From the IMG/VR virus record IMGVR_UViG_3300018984_000002, positions 1-38,776 of that record: a stretch of 38,776 nt of DNA; one strand, written 5' to 3'. The notes beneath the pieces are model-generated. The model ran no database searches, had not been told where the DNA came from, and worked only from the letters and a program-made list of their open reading frames with translations. The position numbers and the translations under genes were made by a program. Positions 26,931 through 35,578 of the stretch are shown one piece after another. Origin of the DNA: a virus. How positions within the stretch are numbered: the stretch's first letter is position 1; the number at the start of each line of letters is the position of its first letter.

Positions 26931-27890
26931 ATGGCAGGTTTACAACAACTACAAAATACTGAAGAGATTACTGATATTCAGTATCACATGGGACTTTACG
27001 AAGAGTTAATTGAGAATCTTGACAATGCTGTTGAAGCTGGAGTTATGGATGAAGCAACAGCTAAAGCTCATAAAGCACAAGCAATTATTGACCTTAATAA
27101 CCGTTTGTTAGAGTCCGAAAATATTGATGAAGAAGAACTACAAGCAATATACGGCGACTCAGAATATTCGCAAGGTGATGAAGGTGTGGCTAATTTTAGT
27201 ATTGGTAATCGTTTTGGGGCTGCATTAATTGAATTAGGCGAACAAGCAGGTTACGACGATATAAAGTCATTGGTGTATGACATAGCCGAACTCACAGAAA
27301 ATGACCCTGAAGACATTGCAGGACTAATTACTGGGGACAGCGAACCGGACGATAATTTAGCCATTTACCTAGCTCGTTGCTTTGAGCTTGACGAAGAATA
27401 TACTACAGATCTTCGTTTGGCAGCTATGGAAGCTCGTGGTGAAACTCTAGAAGATTACGAAGACAGTGATGAAGATGAAGACGAGGAAGACGCCGAATAT
27501 TCTCAAGTTACGGAACTAAATAACCGTATTGCTGAATTTGAGCAAAACCAACAAATTCGTGATGCTTTAAATGAACTAGAACTAAAAGCCAAACAAGTAA
27601 TGCCTCCGAGTGCAGTCAAAGTATTGTTTGGCGATTTTCAGCTTGAGAGCGATCGTGTTGCTGCATTTTCTCGTACAGCAGATCTTAATGGTGTAGGTGT
27701 TGCAGAAGAACTTTATGCAATGCAAAAAACCATTGAATTGTTCGAGAAAAGTGGACTCAACAAACTAGCCATGTTTCAGTCTTATTCTACTGGTACTGCT
27801 ACAGAAGTGACCGACGAAGACGCTGAAATTGAAGCACAAGCAAAACGTAATTTTGAGTTACGTAAAGCCCGTAGTCACAACTTAATTTAA
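26931..27890 (+). CDS. putative capsid scaffolding protein
   Basis: Very acidic and helical, between protease and capsid genes; multiple A-x-F/Y sites; short basic C-terminus. Confidence 0.6.
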   Translation: MAGLQQLQNTEEITDIQYHMGLYEELIENLDNAVEAGVMDEATAKAHKAQAIIDLNNRLLESENIDEEELQAIYGDSEYSQGDEGVANFSIGNRFGAALIELGEQAGYDDIKSLVYDIAELTENDPEDIAGLITGDSEPDDNLAIYLARCFELDEEYTTDLRLAAMEARGETLEDYEDSDEDEDEEDAEYSQVTELNNRIAEFEQNQQIRDALNELELKAKQVMPPSAVKVLFGDFQLESDRVAAFSRTADLNGVGVAEELYAMQKTIELFEKSGLNKLAMFQSYSTGTATEVTDEDAEIEAQAKRNFELRKARSHNLI

Positions 27891-27905
27891 AAAGGACTCC
27901 CACAA

Positions 27906-28742
27906 ATGTTAAACCGTGTTAGATACAACAGTGACCCACAAATCATTGCTTTTGCAGATATGCAAGAAGCACCAGTGAGTGCAACTGTAAATGCTACTTT
28001 TATTTCACCAGATGTAGACGGACGTAAAAATGTCCCGGCGGGTATGTGGATTGCTCGTCGTAAAGGTAGCGCTGAACTATGTTTTTTACCTCGTGCGACC
28101 ACAACTCAAGCTACAGACACTAATTCAAACACACTCAGACTCAACATTATTGCTCCTTTTGTTCCGGGCGATAAGTTGTATGTGATTGAACCTTACGCAA
28201 GTGTGAGTGTTACAGGCGTTAGTGTAGGACAAACATTAATTATCACAGTTAATGGTCGTGCCACTACAGTTACTGCTACCACAACGTCTATTTCTGATTT
28301 GATTAATCTAGCAGCACAAGCATTACTTAATAGCCAAGTCCGGGCAGTTCCAGATACCACTAACAATAAGTTGTATTTGTTCTCTAAAAACAAGAGTGAA
28401 TATCCACTAACTGTTACTGGTACGGCAACTGCATCTGCTAGTGACAGCAAATTGACTACACCTGCATCTGAGCTTGGCACTATTCAGTCAATTAATCCAA
28501 CTACTAAAGAGGTTACTTTGACTGGTAATGCTGGGTATGTATTACCTGTTGGTAGCCACATAGGAAGTCCTGTAGAAGACATTCTTGGTTTGAATGTACA
28601 TTCTCACGATTTCTCTACCACACTGTCTAAACACATTAATGGCTTGACTGGAGCAATTGGTGTGTATCAAAGTGCATTACCTTATCTTGATGATGAGATT
28701 AAGGATCGGTTTCCCAAGATGTTGTTCCGTTCACGTTTTTAA
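27906..28742 (+). CDS. putative head decoration/cement protein
   Basis: Immediately upstream of the capsid gene; DGRKNVPAG motif, beta/Thr-rich insert, ...LPY... C-terminus. Confidence 0.6.
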   Translation: MLNRVRYNSDPQIIAFADMQEAPVSATVNATFISPDVDGRKNVPAGMWIARRKGSAELCFLPRATTTQATDTNSNTLRLNIIAPFVPGDKLYVIEPYASVSVTGVSVGQTLIITVNGRATTVTATTTSISDLINLAAQALLNSQVRAVPDTTNNKLYLFSKNKSEYPLTVTGTATASASDSKLTTPASELGTIQSINPTTKEVTLTGNAGYVLPVGSHIGSPVEDILGLNVHSHDFSTTLSKHINGLTGAIGVYQSALPYLDDEIKDRFPKMLFRSRF

Positions 28743-28777
28743 TTTGAAGTAATAATTTAGGACACTAAATAAAGAAT

Positions 28778-29935
28778 ATGGGATACATTGCCAATTGGCT
28801 AAATGATAAACAACAAGCTAAAGAAGCTGACTGGATTATTGAGTCAACACTCACGACTCTTAAACAACGGTCAGGTATTCTTGACCCGTATATGCCTATC
28901 AAGCAATACGATTCTAGAAACTTCTTGGCTTATGTTGTAGAGCAGATTAACACTATTGCAAGTGTCGTTGCTTATGGGTCTAATATTCCCCTCACACGAC
29001 ATAATGCAATTCAGAAACTGACTATTCAGATGGTCAAGATTGCATTGAGTAGGGTTTACGACGAGCCTACTCAGTGGGATATGCGTGACAGTATGATGTT
29101 TGCTAAGGGAGCAGCTGTTACAGTACAAGACCAAAAGATGTCTGACGGTAGTGTTGTTAAAGGTACTAACAACGATTTAGCTAATTACCTTTGGGGAAGT
29201 ATTGAGCAACTAGTTAAATCGTGTATGGATACCTTAAATGTAATGACATGGCAGTTATTACAGACTGGTACTGTTAATTTTACAGATACTCGAACAGAGA
29301 CTACTACTGTAATTAACTTTGTAGACCCACAAGCTGATTACAATCATTTTCCTGAAACATTAGTACAAACAGGAGCTAATGCTAATCCCCAAGATAATGT
29401 TTGGAGTGATTATGAGTATGCTAACGGACTACAGCGATTGTTCTTGGATGTAGATACCTTTATAGATACTAATGGTAATCCCCCCGACCTCATTGTAATG
29501 AGCCGTAGAGCGCGTAATGATTTACTGAATCAAAAGACTACCAAGGAAGCTGCAAGGCAGATGATGGCTAGTACTCAGGTGGGTACGGTGTCTCCAGATA
29601 TGTTGAAGAACATTCTTAGCGCTAGAGAGTTACCAGAGATTAAAACCTTTGATGAACTATATCAGATTGAGAATGTTAATAAGCAGATTACTAAGGGGCG
29701 GTTTTTGAATGATAATCGCTACTGTTTCTTGGTAGAAAATGCTGGAGTTAGGGCAGTGGGACCAACTTTGGAATCGGCAAACGGAGCATTGGACCTGAAT
29801 CCTAAATCCGGTGTTTATGTGTCTACAAGGGAAGTAAACAAAGAGCCTCCGATTGATTGTACTACTGCAATTATGACTGGCGTACCTTTTGTGGGAGATC
29901 CAAAGAAGCTGTTTTCTAGACAAGTCAAAGCATAA
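28778..29935 (+). CDS. major capsid protein (lambda gpE-like, HK97 fold)
   Basis: 385 aa; ASVVAYGSNIP, WQLLQTG, PDLIVMS, C-terminal EPP...GVP motifs of gpE-family capsids; followed by a terminator. Confidence 0.85.
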   Translation: MGYIANWLNDKQQAKEADWIIESTLTTLKQRSGILDPYMPIKQYDSRNFLAYVVEQINTIASVVAYGSNIPLTRHNAIQKLTIQMVKIALSRVYDEPTQWDMRDSMMFAKGAAVTVQDQKMSDGSVVKGTNNDLANYLWGSIEQLVKSCMDTLNVMTWQLLQTGTVNFTDTRTETTTVINFVDPQADYNHFPETLVQTGANANPQDNVWSDYEYANGLQRLFLDVDTFIDTNGNPPDLIVMSRRARNDLLNQKTTKEAARQMMASTQVGTVSPDMLKNILSARELPEIKTFDELYQIENVNKQITKGRFLNDNRYCFLVENAGVRAVGPTLESANGALDLNPKSGVYVSTREVNKEPPIDCTTAIMTGVPFVGDPKKLFSRQVKA

Positions 29936-29964
29936 TTCTTTTTCAGTTTCTTGTTACCAAAATG

Positions 29965-29995
29965 AACCTCTCTAGATTATTCCAGAGAGGTTTTT
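29965..29995 (+). terminator. intrinsic terminator after the capsid gene
   Basis: AACCTCTCT/AGAGAGGTT stem followed by a T-run. Confidence 0.75.
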
Positions 29996-30007
29996 CTTTG
30001 TTATAAT
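29980..30007 (+). promoter_or_regulatory. extended -10 promoter of endonuclease 1
   Basis: TTCCAG-16 nt-TATAAT with TG at the extended position (TGTTATAAT). Confidence 0.6.
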
Positions 30008-30040
30008 ATAGGTAGGTAACAAGACAAGTACTGAAAGAAC

Positions 30041-31114
30041 ATGATTATTTACGAACATTGCCCGATTCTGTATATTTATGCATTACTCGACCCAATCACA
30101 TCTGAAGTGAGATATGTAGGTCAAACTAAAAATCCACGCAAAAGGTTACTAAGCCATATATCTCTAGCTAGAACAGGACGAGAACGTAATCATAAGGCTT
30201 GTTGGATTAAGGGCTTACTTAGTAAAGAATTAGAGCCTATTCAGAAACTACTGGAAACTTGTGAAATAGAAATAGGACATAATCAAGAAGATTTTTGGAT
30301 TAAGTATTACCAGGATAAAAACCACAGAATACTAAATACAGAGGCTCCTGCAAAAACACCTTGCTTGAATCGCCCTCAAACTGACTCTGAAGTACAGGTT
30401 AACCGAGAACGTCAGTTAAGTCGCAATAGTAAAACTCGTGCAGTTTCTTATCACGGAGTACACATTCATGCTAAGAACTCAAATGTACCTTATCGTGCAT
30501 CCCTTCGTATTAAAACAGTAAGACATCATCTAGGTCAATGGGATAACCCCGAAGAGGCAGCACGAGCCTGGGACAGTGCTATGGCTTATTACTTTCCAGA
30601 CCACAAGATATTTAATTTTCCAGATAGTGTTGTCCCTTTAAGTATAGATGAGATCAAAAAAACTAGAACAGCATTAGTCAATCAAACGTCTCAACATAGG
30701 GGTGTGACTTTAATTAAAAAATCTGGTCTTTGGGCAGTTAGTTGTTCTTTCGATAATAAAAAGACCAAGGTAGGTACTTTTGAAACAGAAGAAGTAGCGG
30801 CTATGTATCGAGATAGCTTGGAATTATACTATAACCCAGATAAGCCTAAGCTTAATTTTCCTGATAAAAGTAATAAAGCACTATCTATTGAGGAAGTCCG
30901 AATAATAAGCAGGCAGCTAAAAGGTTTATCCGACACCCAAACATCTAAATATCCTTATATCTTTTACCAGAAACGAGAAAACAAATGGGCATTTGAAATT
31001 AATAAATATCGTAAGTCTGGGTTCCAAACAGAACTAGAAGCAGCAAGGGCGCTTAACACCTACCTCACTATAAACAAAATAAACAAACCAATACTTAAAC
31101 TACAAACCTCCTAA
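30041..31114 (+). CDS. free-standing GIY-YIG homing endonuclease with three AP2-like domains
   Basis: IYALLDP...RYVGQT..PRKRLLSH; repeats LGQWDNPEEAARAWD, VGTFETEEVAAMYRD, GFQTELEAARALN. Confidence 0.85.
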   Translation: MIIYEHCPILYIYALLDPITSEVRYVGQTKNPRKRLLSHISLARTGRERNHKACWIKGLLSKELEPIQKLLETCEIEIGHNQEDFWIKYYQDKNHRILNTEAPAKTPCLNRPQTDSEVQVNRERQLSRNSKTRAVSYHGVHIHAKNSNVPYRASLRIKTVRHHLGQWDNPEEAARAWDSAMAYYFPDHKIFNFPDSVVPLSIDEIKKTRTALVNQTSQHRGVTLIKKSGLWAVSCSFDNKKTKVGTFETEEVAAMYRDSLELYYNPDKPKLNFPDKSNKALSIEEVRIISRQLKGLSDTQTSKYPYIFYQKRENKWAFEINKYRKSGFQTELEAARALNTYLTINKINKPILKLQTS

Positions 31115-31143
31115 AAACTTTTAATACTAACTACCTACAATTT

Positions 31144-31171
31144 AAAGAGGGTGGACTCCCTCTTTTTTTTT
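31144..31171 (+). terminator. intrinsic terminator
   Basis: AAAGAGGG/CCCTCTTT stem plus a long T-run. Confidence 0.8.
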
Positions 31172-31201
31172 ACTACAATTAAATTAAAACTAAAAAATAA
31201 T

Positions 31202-31501
31202 ATGTATTATTTATCTGACTTTAACACTGCTAATTTTGCTAGAAAAAAGGGTTCTAAAGATAAAAAGAAAAGAACTTTAAAAAATCCATTAAAAGCAGGC
31301 TTAATTACTGGAGGATTAGTAGCTGCTACTCCAACAATGATTGGTTTAATGGACAAGGATATTAATAAACTAAAACGTGTACCCGCAAAATACAAGCTAG
31401 CAGCTGCAATTGGGGGATTAGGTGTAGGTGGATTAGTTGGATTAAAAACTAGACAAGAAATGAAAAATGGTGGTAAGTATATTACACCATTACAAAAATA
31501 A
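31202..31501 (+). CDS. basic Gly-zipper protein, leader family
   Basis: True start is ATG 31202: MYYLSDFNTANF-ARKKGSKDKKKR. Confidence 0.8.
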   Translation: MYYLSDFNTANFARKKGSKDKKKRTLKNPLKAGLITGGLVAATPTMIGLMDKDINKLKRVPAKYKLAAAIGGLGVGGLVGLKTRQEMKNGGKYITPLQK

Positions 31502-31508
31502 CTAAAAC

Positions 31509-31538
31509 AAAAAGAGATAGCTATTAAACTATCTCTTT
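31509..31538. terminator. bidirectional terminator
   Basis: AAAGAGATAG/CTATCTCTTT stem between convergent genes. Confidence 0.7.
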
Positions 31539-31548
31539 GCTTTATTAT

Positions 31549-32049
31549 CTAAATAATCTCCTTAACAATACCTAAATCTAAAGCTTGTTTGGCGTTAATA
31601 TAAACTTCTTTATTTTCCCAACCAATCGGGGTTTTTAATTTCTGATTTTCTATCTCTAAACACACTTTAGTTAATTCTTCACATTCAGCTACATAGCTAA
31701 TTGCGTCTGGCTGTTTAACATCATAAAGTGAAAAACTAATTGGGTGAAACAACAACCTTGCATTTTTATACATACTTACATTTTCAGTAGCAAATAAACA
31801 CATAGTTGCTGCACTTGCACAAAATCCACACACAACAATAGAAAAAAGTGCGGGGTTTTGTTGTGCAATTAAATCATATAAAAATAAACCTGCATAAACT
31901 TCGCCGCCACCCGAAGTAATATAAAATGTACTTTTCTTTTCAGTGTCTAAATTATCTAGACACTGTTTTAAATACATTATTCCTTCTTGACATATTCTGC
32001 CTGAATAATAAATAGTGTTGTTGTTTCTGTTGCAAGTATAATCTGGCAT
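31549..32049 (-). CDS. clpP: ClpP-like serine protease
   Basis: YITSGGGEVYAG, CASAA (catalytic Ser), LFHP (His), YINAKQALDLGIV. Confidence 0.85.
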   Translation of the reverse strand: MPDYTCNRNNNTIYYSGRICQEGIMYLKQCLDNLDTEKKSTFYITSGGGEVYAGLFLYDLIAQQNPALFSIVVCGFCASAATMCLFATENVSMYKNARLLFHPISFSLYDVKQPDAISYVAECEELTKVCLEIENQKLKTPIGWENKEVYINAKQALDLGIVKEII

Positions 32050-32072
32050 AATAAACCTCTTAATTTAAAACA

Positions 32073-32081
32073 AGTATAGCA
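32073..32081 (-). promoter_or_regulatory. extended -10 promoter of clpP
   Basis: TGCTATACT upstream of an AGAGG Shine-Dalgarno. Confidence 0.5.
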
Positions 32082-32175
32082 AAGTATCTAGCCATCTAGC
32101 TAGCTAAAAAAACAACAGTTAATTTTTGCTATTTTAATAACTAAAATATAAGTATTACTAGTGTTTAAATAATGT

Positions 32176-33183
32176 ATGTATTTTATTTCTAATATTCAAA
32201 ACAATAAAATAGCTAATTTTAAGACTAAAGAAAAAAAGAAAAACAACAGAGTAGCTATAACTAGCGGTATTGGCGCAGCTTACTTAGGACAAAAAACAAT
32301 TAGATCAGGTATACCTCGTTTGTTAGGTGTACGCTTAGAGTCACATAGTACTAGTAAAAAGACTGCTAAAGAAATACTTAAAAATGGTGGTATTTTAGAT
32401 CCAAATAAAAGTGGTAGCGGAGCTATACGTGCTTTAGAATCTAATGCCGCAGGTGTGGGGACTGATATTAATAAGGCAAAAAATAAAGTATACATAACTG
32501 GTATTCACAAAAATGCTATTGCCCGTGAAATGCCATCTCCTATGGGATTTGGTACTGTTACTGTTGATGCCAAAAAAGAAAACCCGCTTCAGCAAGTTAT
32601 TAACCGAGCAGACCAACGTAGAGGTTATAGAGGTCAAAGCACTATTGATTGGGATTTTGTTAATAAAGATTCTAAAAGGTTTCAAGAATTAGATAAACAA
32701 ACTTTTCAAACACCTTTTGGAAAATCGTTACCTAATCAGCAATTAGCTGATGAGTACACAAATATATTAAAAGGTAATCAAGAAAGACTTGCAGGTGAGC
32801 GTAGTAAAGCCGTATTAAAAGGACAACTACCCACAACAGGTCGTAGTTTATATATTGGTGGTAGCGACGAGTTTTTTAATAAAAACTTTAAGCCTGACTT
32901 CGACGATCCTAGAGCAATGTATTCTGAAGAAAAAGTAAAAGTGTATGGTAATCGTTTAAAAGCCACAGCAGCAGCAATTAAAAAAGAAGGTTTACTAAAA
33001 CTGATGAAAGGTAATCCTAAACGAGTATTAGCAGGAGCAGCAATAACAGGTCTTGGTGGCTTAGGTACGGGTATTTTAGCTAAACGTGCTATTGACAATA
33101 GTATTGGGGAAATTAAAGTAAAAGACTTTTTTAGACGTGGCAAGAAAGTAAAAGGTTATTCACGTAAAAAGAAAAAGAGATGA
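32176..33183 (+). CDS. leader-family protein with a possible ADP-ribosyltransferase-like core
   Basis: MYFISNIQNNKIANF-KTK; SHSTSKKTAKEILKNGGILDP...VYIT resembles H-G-T...I...G..P / Y-x-T ART motifs; C-terminal VKDFFRRGKKVKGYSR. Confidence 0.6.
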   Translation: MYFISNIQNNKIANFKTKEKKKNNRVAITSGIGAAYLGQKTIRSGIPRLLGVRLESHSTSKKTAKEILKNGGILDPNKSGSGAIRALESNAAGVGTDINKAKNKVYITGIHKNAIAREMPSPMGFGTVTVDAKKENPLQQVINRADQRRGYRGQSTIDWDFVNKDSKRFQELDKQTFQTPFGKSLPNQQLADEYTNILKGNQERLAGERSKAVLKGQLPTTGRSLYIGGSDEFFNKNFKPDFDDPRAMYSEEKVKVYGNRLKATAAAIKKEGLLKLMKGNPKRVLAGAAITGLGGLGTGILAKRAIDNSIGEIKVKDFFRRGKKVKGYSRKKKKR

Positions 33184-33521
33184 CCACACTATTTATTTCG
33201 GACTGCATTACATTTAGTAGAAAACTAGGAAGTAAAAACAAACGAGTAAAATACAAAGGACAAACCTTTGAAATAAGTAGACCAAAATCAGCTACACAAA
33301 AAGGTAAGAAAAAACAAGTAACTGTACGCAACACAAGTACTGGACGAACAAAAACAGTAGCATACGGTGCTAAAGGTTATTCTGATTTTAGAAAAAATAA
33401 AAACGACAAACGTCGAGATAACTATCATGCTAGACACAAAGGTATTAAATTAAAAGATGGTAGTCGAGCTACAGATAATCCATTACAACCCGCATATCAC
33501 TCTTTACGGGATTTATGGTAA
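33180..33521 (+). CDS. leader-family basic protein with a DUF5754-like domain
   Basis: MTTLFISDCITF-SRKLGSKNK; KK..V...V.YGAKGYSDF...D.RR..Y.ARH...P.Y.S...LW. Confidence 0.6.
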   Translation: MTTLFISDCITFSRKLGSKNKRVKYKGQTFEISRPKSATQKGKKKQVTVRNTSTGRTKTVAYGAKGYSDFRKNKNDKRRDNYHARHKGIKLKDGSRATDNPLQPAYHSLRDLW

Positions 33522-33589
33522 GAGTCCGAAATAATAGGGTTTAGGTGTTTATCGTTTAAAATAAAATTAACTATACAATACTAATATTT

Positions 33590-35077
33590 ATGGCTAGTCT
33601 ACCCAGTAAACAAGATGTTATTGATAATCTAAATACTTTTTATGGCGTTAATAGATACACAGACTTTGACAAAATACCTTTTGAAGAATTAGCTTTAAGT
33701 ATATTAATTCATTTAAATAGTAATAGTTCTGGCGGCGGTGGAATTGTTGGGGATAGTGTTAGTGTTAGTAACTTTCCTAGTAATCAAACAATATCTGGTA
33801 ATGTAAGTGTAAATAATTTTCCAGAAACACAAGCAGTAGTTGGTGTTGTTAGTGTTAGTAATTTACCCACAACACAACCTGTTAATGGTACAGTTAATAT
33901 TGGCAACTTCCCAAGTACCCAAGCTGTTTCTGGCAATATCAGTATCACTAATTTACCAGAAAACCAGACTGTAAATGGTACTGTAAATATTGGAAATTTT
34001 CCTACTACACAACCAGTTAGTGCAAGTAGTTTACCTTTACCCACCGGAGCTGCAACAGAAACGACTTTAAGTAATTTACTTACTAAATTACCAACCAATT
34101 TGTCTGGGGGGAGATTGTCGGTAGATGGTAGTGGAGTAACGCAACCAGTAAGTGGGTCAGTAACTGTTAGCAATTTTCCAAACACACAACCCGTAAGTTT
34201 AGTTAGTTTACCTAGTTTACCAACTGGTAACAATAGTATCGGCAGTGTAACAGTTAGTAACTTTCCTAATAATCAAAGTGTTAGCGTCACAGCATTGCCC
34301 TCAATACCCTTACCAACTAATGCAGCTACTGAAACTACGTTATTAAATATTGTTAGCAAGCTACCTAGTGAACTTAGTAGCGGTGGTAGATTAATTATTG
34401 ATGGCAGTGGGGTTACTCAGCCAGTAACTGCTAGTAGTCTACCGTTACCAACAGGAGCCGCGACTGAGACTACCTCAAATAACATTAAAAATAGATTGCC
34501 ACCCAATCTAGGAAGTAACGTAGTTGCAAATAGTCTGCCTGTAACTTTAGCAACAGATGGTATATTTGCCGTAGCGTTTGGCGCTAGGAATGATGTACAA
34601 GCTACTAGTGATACTGCTGACACAGGTTATATATCGTTATTTAAACGATTTTTAACAAAACTTACTAGCTATTTCCAAGGTGTAGCAGGTAGTCCCAACA
34701 ATAACGTTATCACAGTACAAGGACATACTTCGGGTATACCCCAAAATGTAGACCAGTCACGTAATTTAGTTAGTGCAACAATAACCTTTCCGGCAGGTAC
34801 TACATCTAACACTTTTACTATTGATAACAGATTAGCAATTATTTTTTGTCCACCAATAACTGGCGCACCAACATTAACTTTACAAGTTAGCTTTGATGGA
34901 ACAAATTGGGCGAATACCAGTGTGGCGTTACTAGCAGATGCGAGTAACTGGAAACTAATTGAAGCAGACTCGTTAGCCAAAGTATCTGGAGCTTTTGGGT
35001 TGACAAATGCCTTTAGATTTATTAGTTCAGTATCAATTACGGCTGTCACTTTGCGTGTTCGGAGCATTACAAAATGA
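33590..35077 (+). CDS. repeat-rich fibre/structural protein
   Basis: Tandem ~14-aa V.(V/I).NFP..Q.V.G repeats and three LPT(G/N)AATETT repeats. Confidence 0.65.
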   Translation: MASLPSKQDVIDNLNTFYGVNRYTDFDKIPFEELALSILIHLNSNSSGGGGIVGDSVSVSNFPSNQTISGNVSVNNFPETQAVVGVVSVSNLPTTQPVNGTVNIGNFPSTQAVSGNISITNLPENQTVNGTVNIGNFPTTQPVSASSLPLPTGAATETTLSNLLTKLPTNLSGGRLSVDGSGVTQPVSGSVTVSNFPNTQPVSLVSLPSLPTGNNSIGSVTVSNFPNNQSVSVTALPSIPLPTNAATETTLLNIVSKLPSELSSGGRLIIDGSGVTQPVTASSLPLPTGAATETTSNNIKNRLPPNLGSNVVANSLPVTLATDGIFAVAFGARNDVQATSDTADTGYISLFKRFLTKLTSYFQGVAGSPNNNVITVQGHTSGIPQNVDQSRNLVSATITFPAGTTSNTFTIDNRLAIIFCPPITGAPTLTLQVSFDGTNWANTSVALLADASNWKLIEADSLAKVSGAFGLTNAFRFISSVSITAVTLRVRSITK

Positions 35078-35544
35078 GTTTAGGGCTTATTGTTTGTGGA
35101 ACCCCTTTATTTTCTGTTACATATACCTACACTCTTTTAAATAGAAATGGCTGGACTGCAACAGCTTCTAATGAAAGCTCAGACTCATTTATTAAAGCTC
35201 AAGCATCAATAGACTCAGATACTGGCAGTCGCTATTTATCTCAGACAAATCAATATGTAGGAATGTGGGTTGAATTTAATTTCAATGCTTTGATTTCTAT
35301 TGCACAAATAGAAATTCAATGGAGCGGAAATCATTGGGCTAGAGGTTTTAGGTTATTACCCTCCGTAGATGGGGTAAATTATAATACTCAAATTTTTTCT
35401 GGATCAGGTATAAATCCTAGTGTTATACCTACTCAAAAAATTCAGTTTTCTCCTATCGAAGTTAGAAAAATTAAACTAGAAATTACGCAATCTTTTGGGG
35501 ATTGGTTAAGCTTCTTTGAATTCCAAGCTTATAAGGCTGTGTAG
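35074..35544 (+). CDS. discoidin/F5-8 type C (CBM32-like) domain protein
   Basis: GWTATAS...SIDSDTGSRY...WVEFNF...SVDGVNY...VRKIKLEIT...WLSFFEF. Confidence 0.8.
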   Translation: MSLGLIVCGTPLFSVTYTYTLLNRNGWTATASNESSDSFIKAQASIDSDTGSRYLSQTNQYVGMWVEFNFNALISIAQIEIQWSGNHWARGFRLLPSVDGVNYNTQIFSGSGINPSVIPTQKIQFSPIEVRKIKLEITQSFGDWLSFFEFQAYKAV

Positions 35545-35578
35545 TGGTATGCCAAACACTAAAGAAGAATAATAAAAA

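Noticed and set aside
29936-31140. Group I intron housing the GIY-YIG gene
   Set aside because: The capsid ORF ends with a normal C-terminus, stop and terminator; flanks are too short for an intron core, so the gene is free-standing
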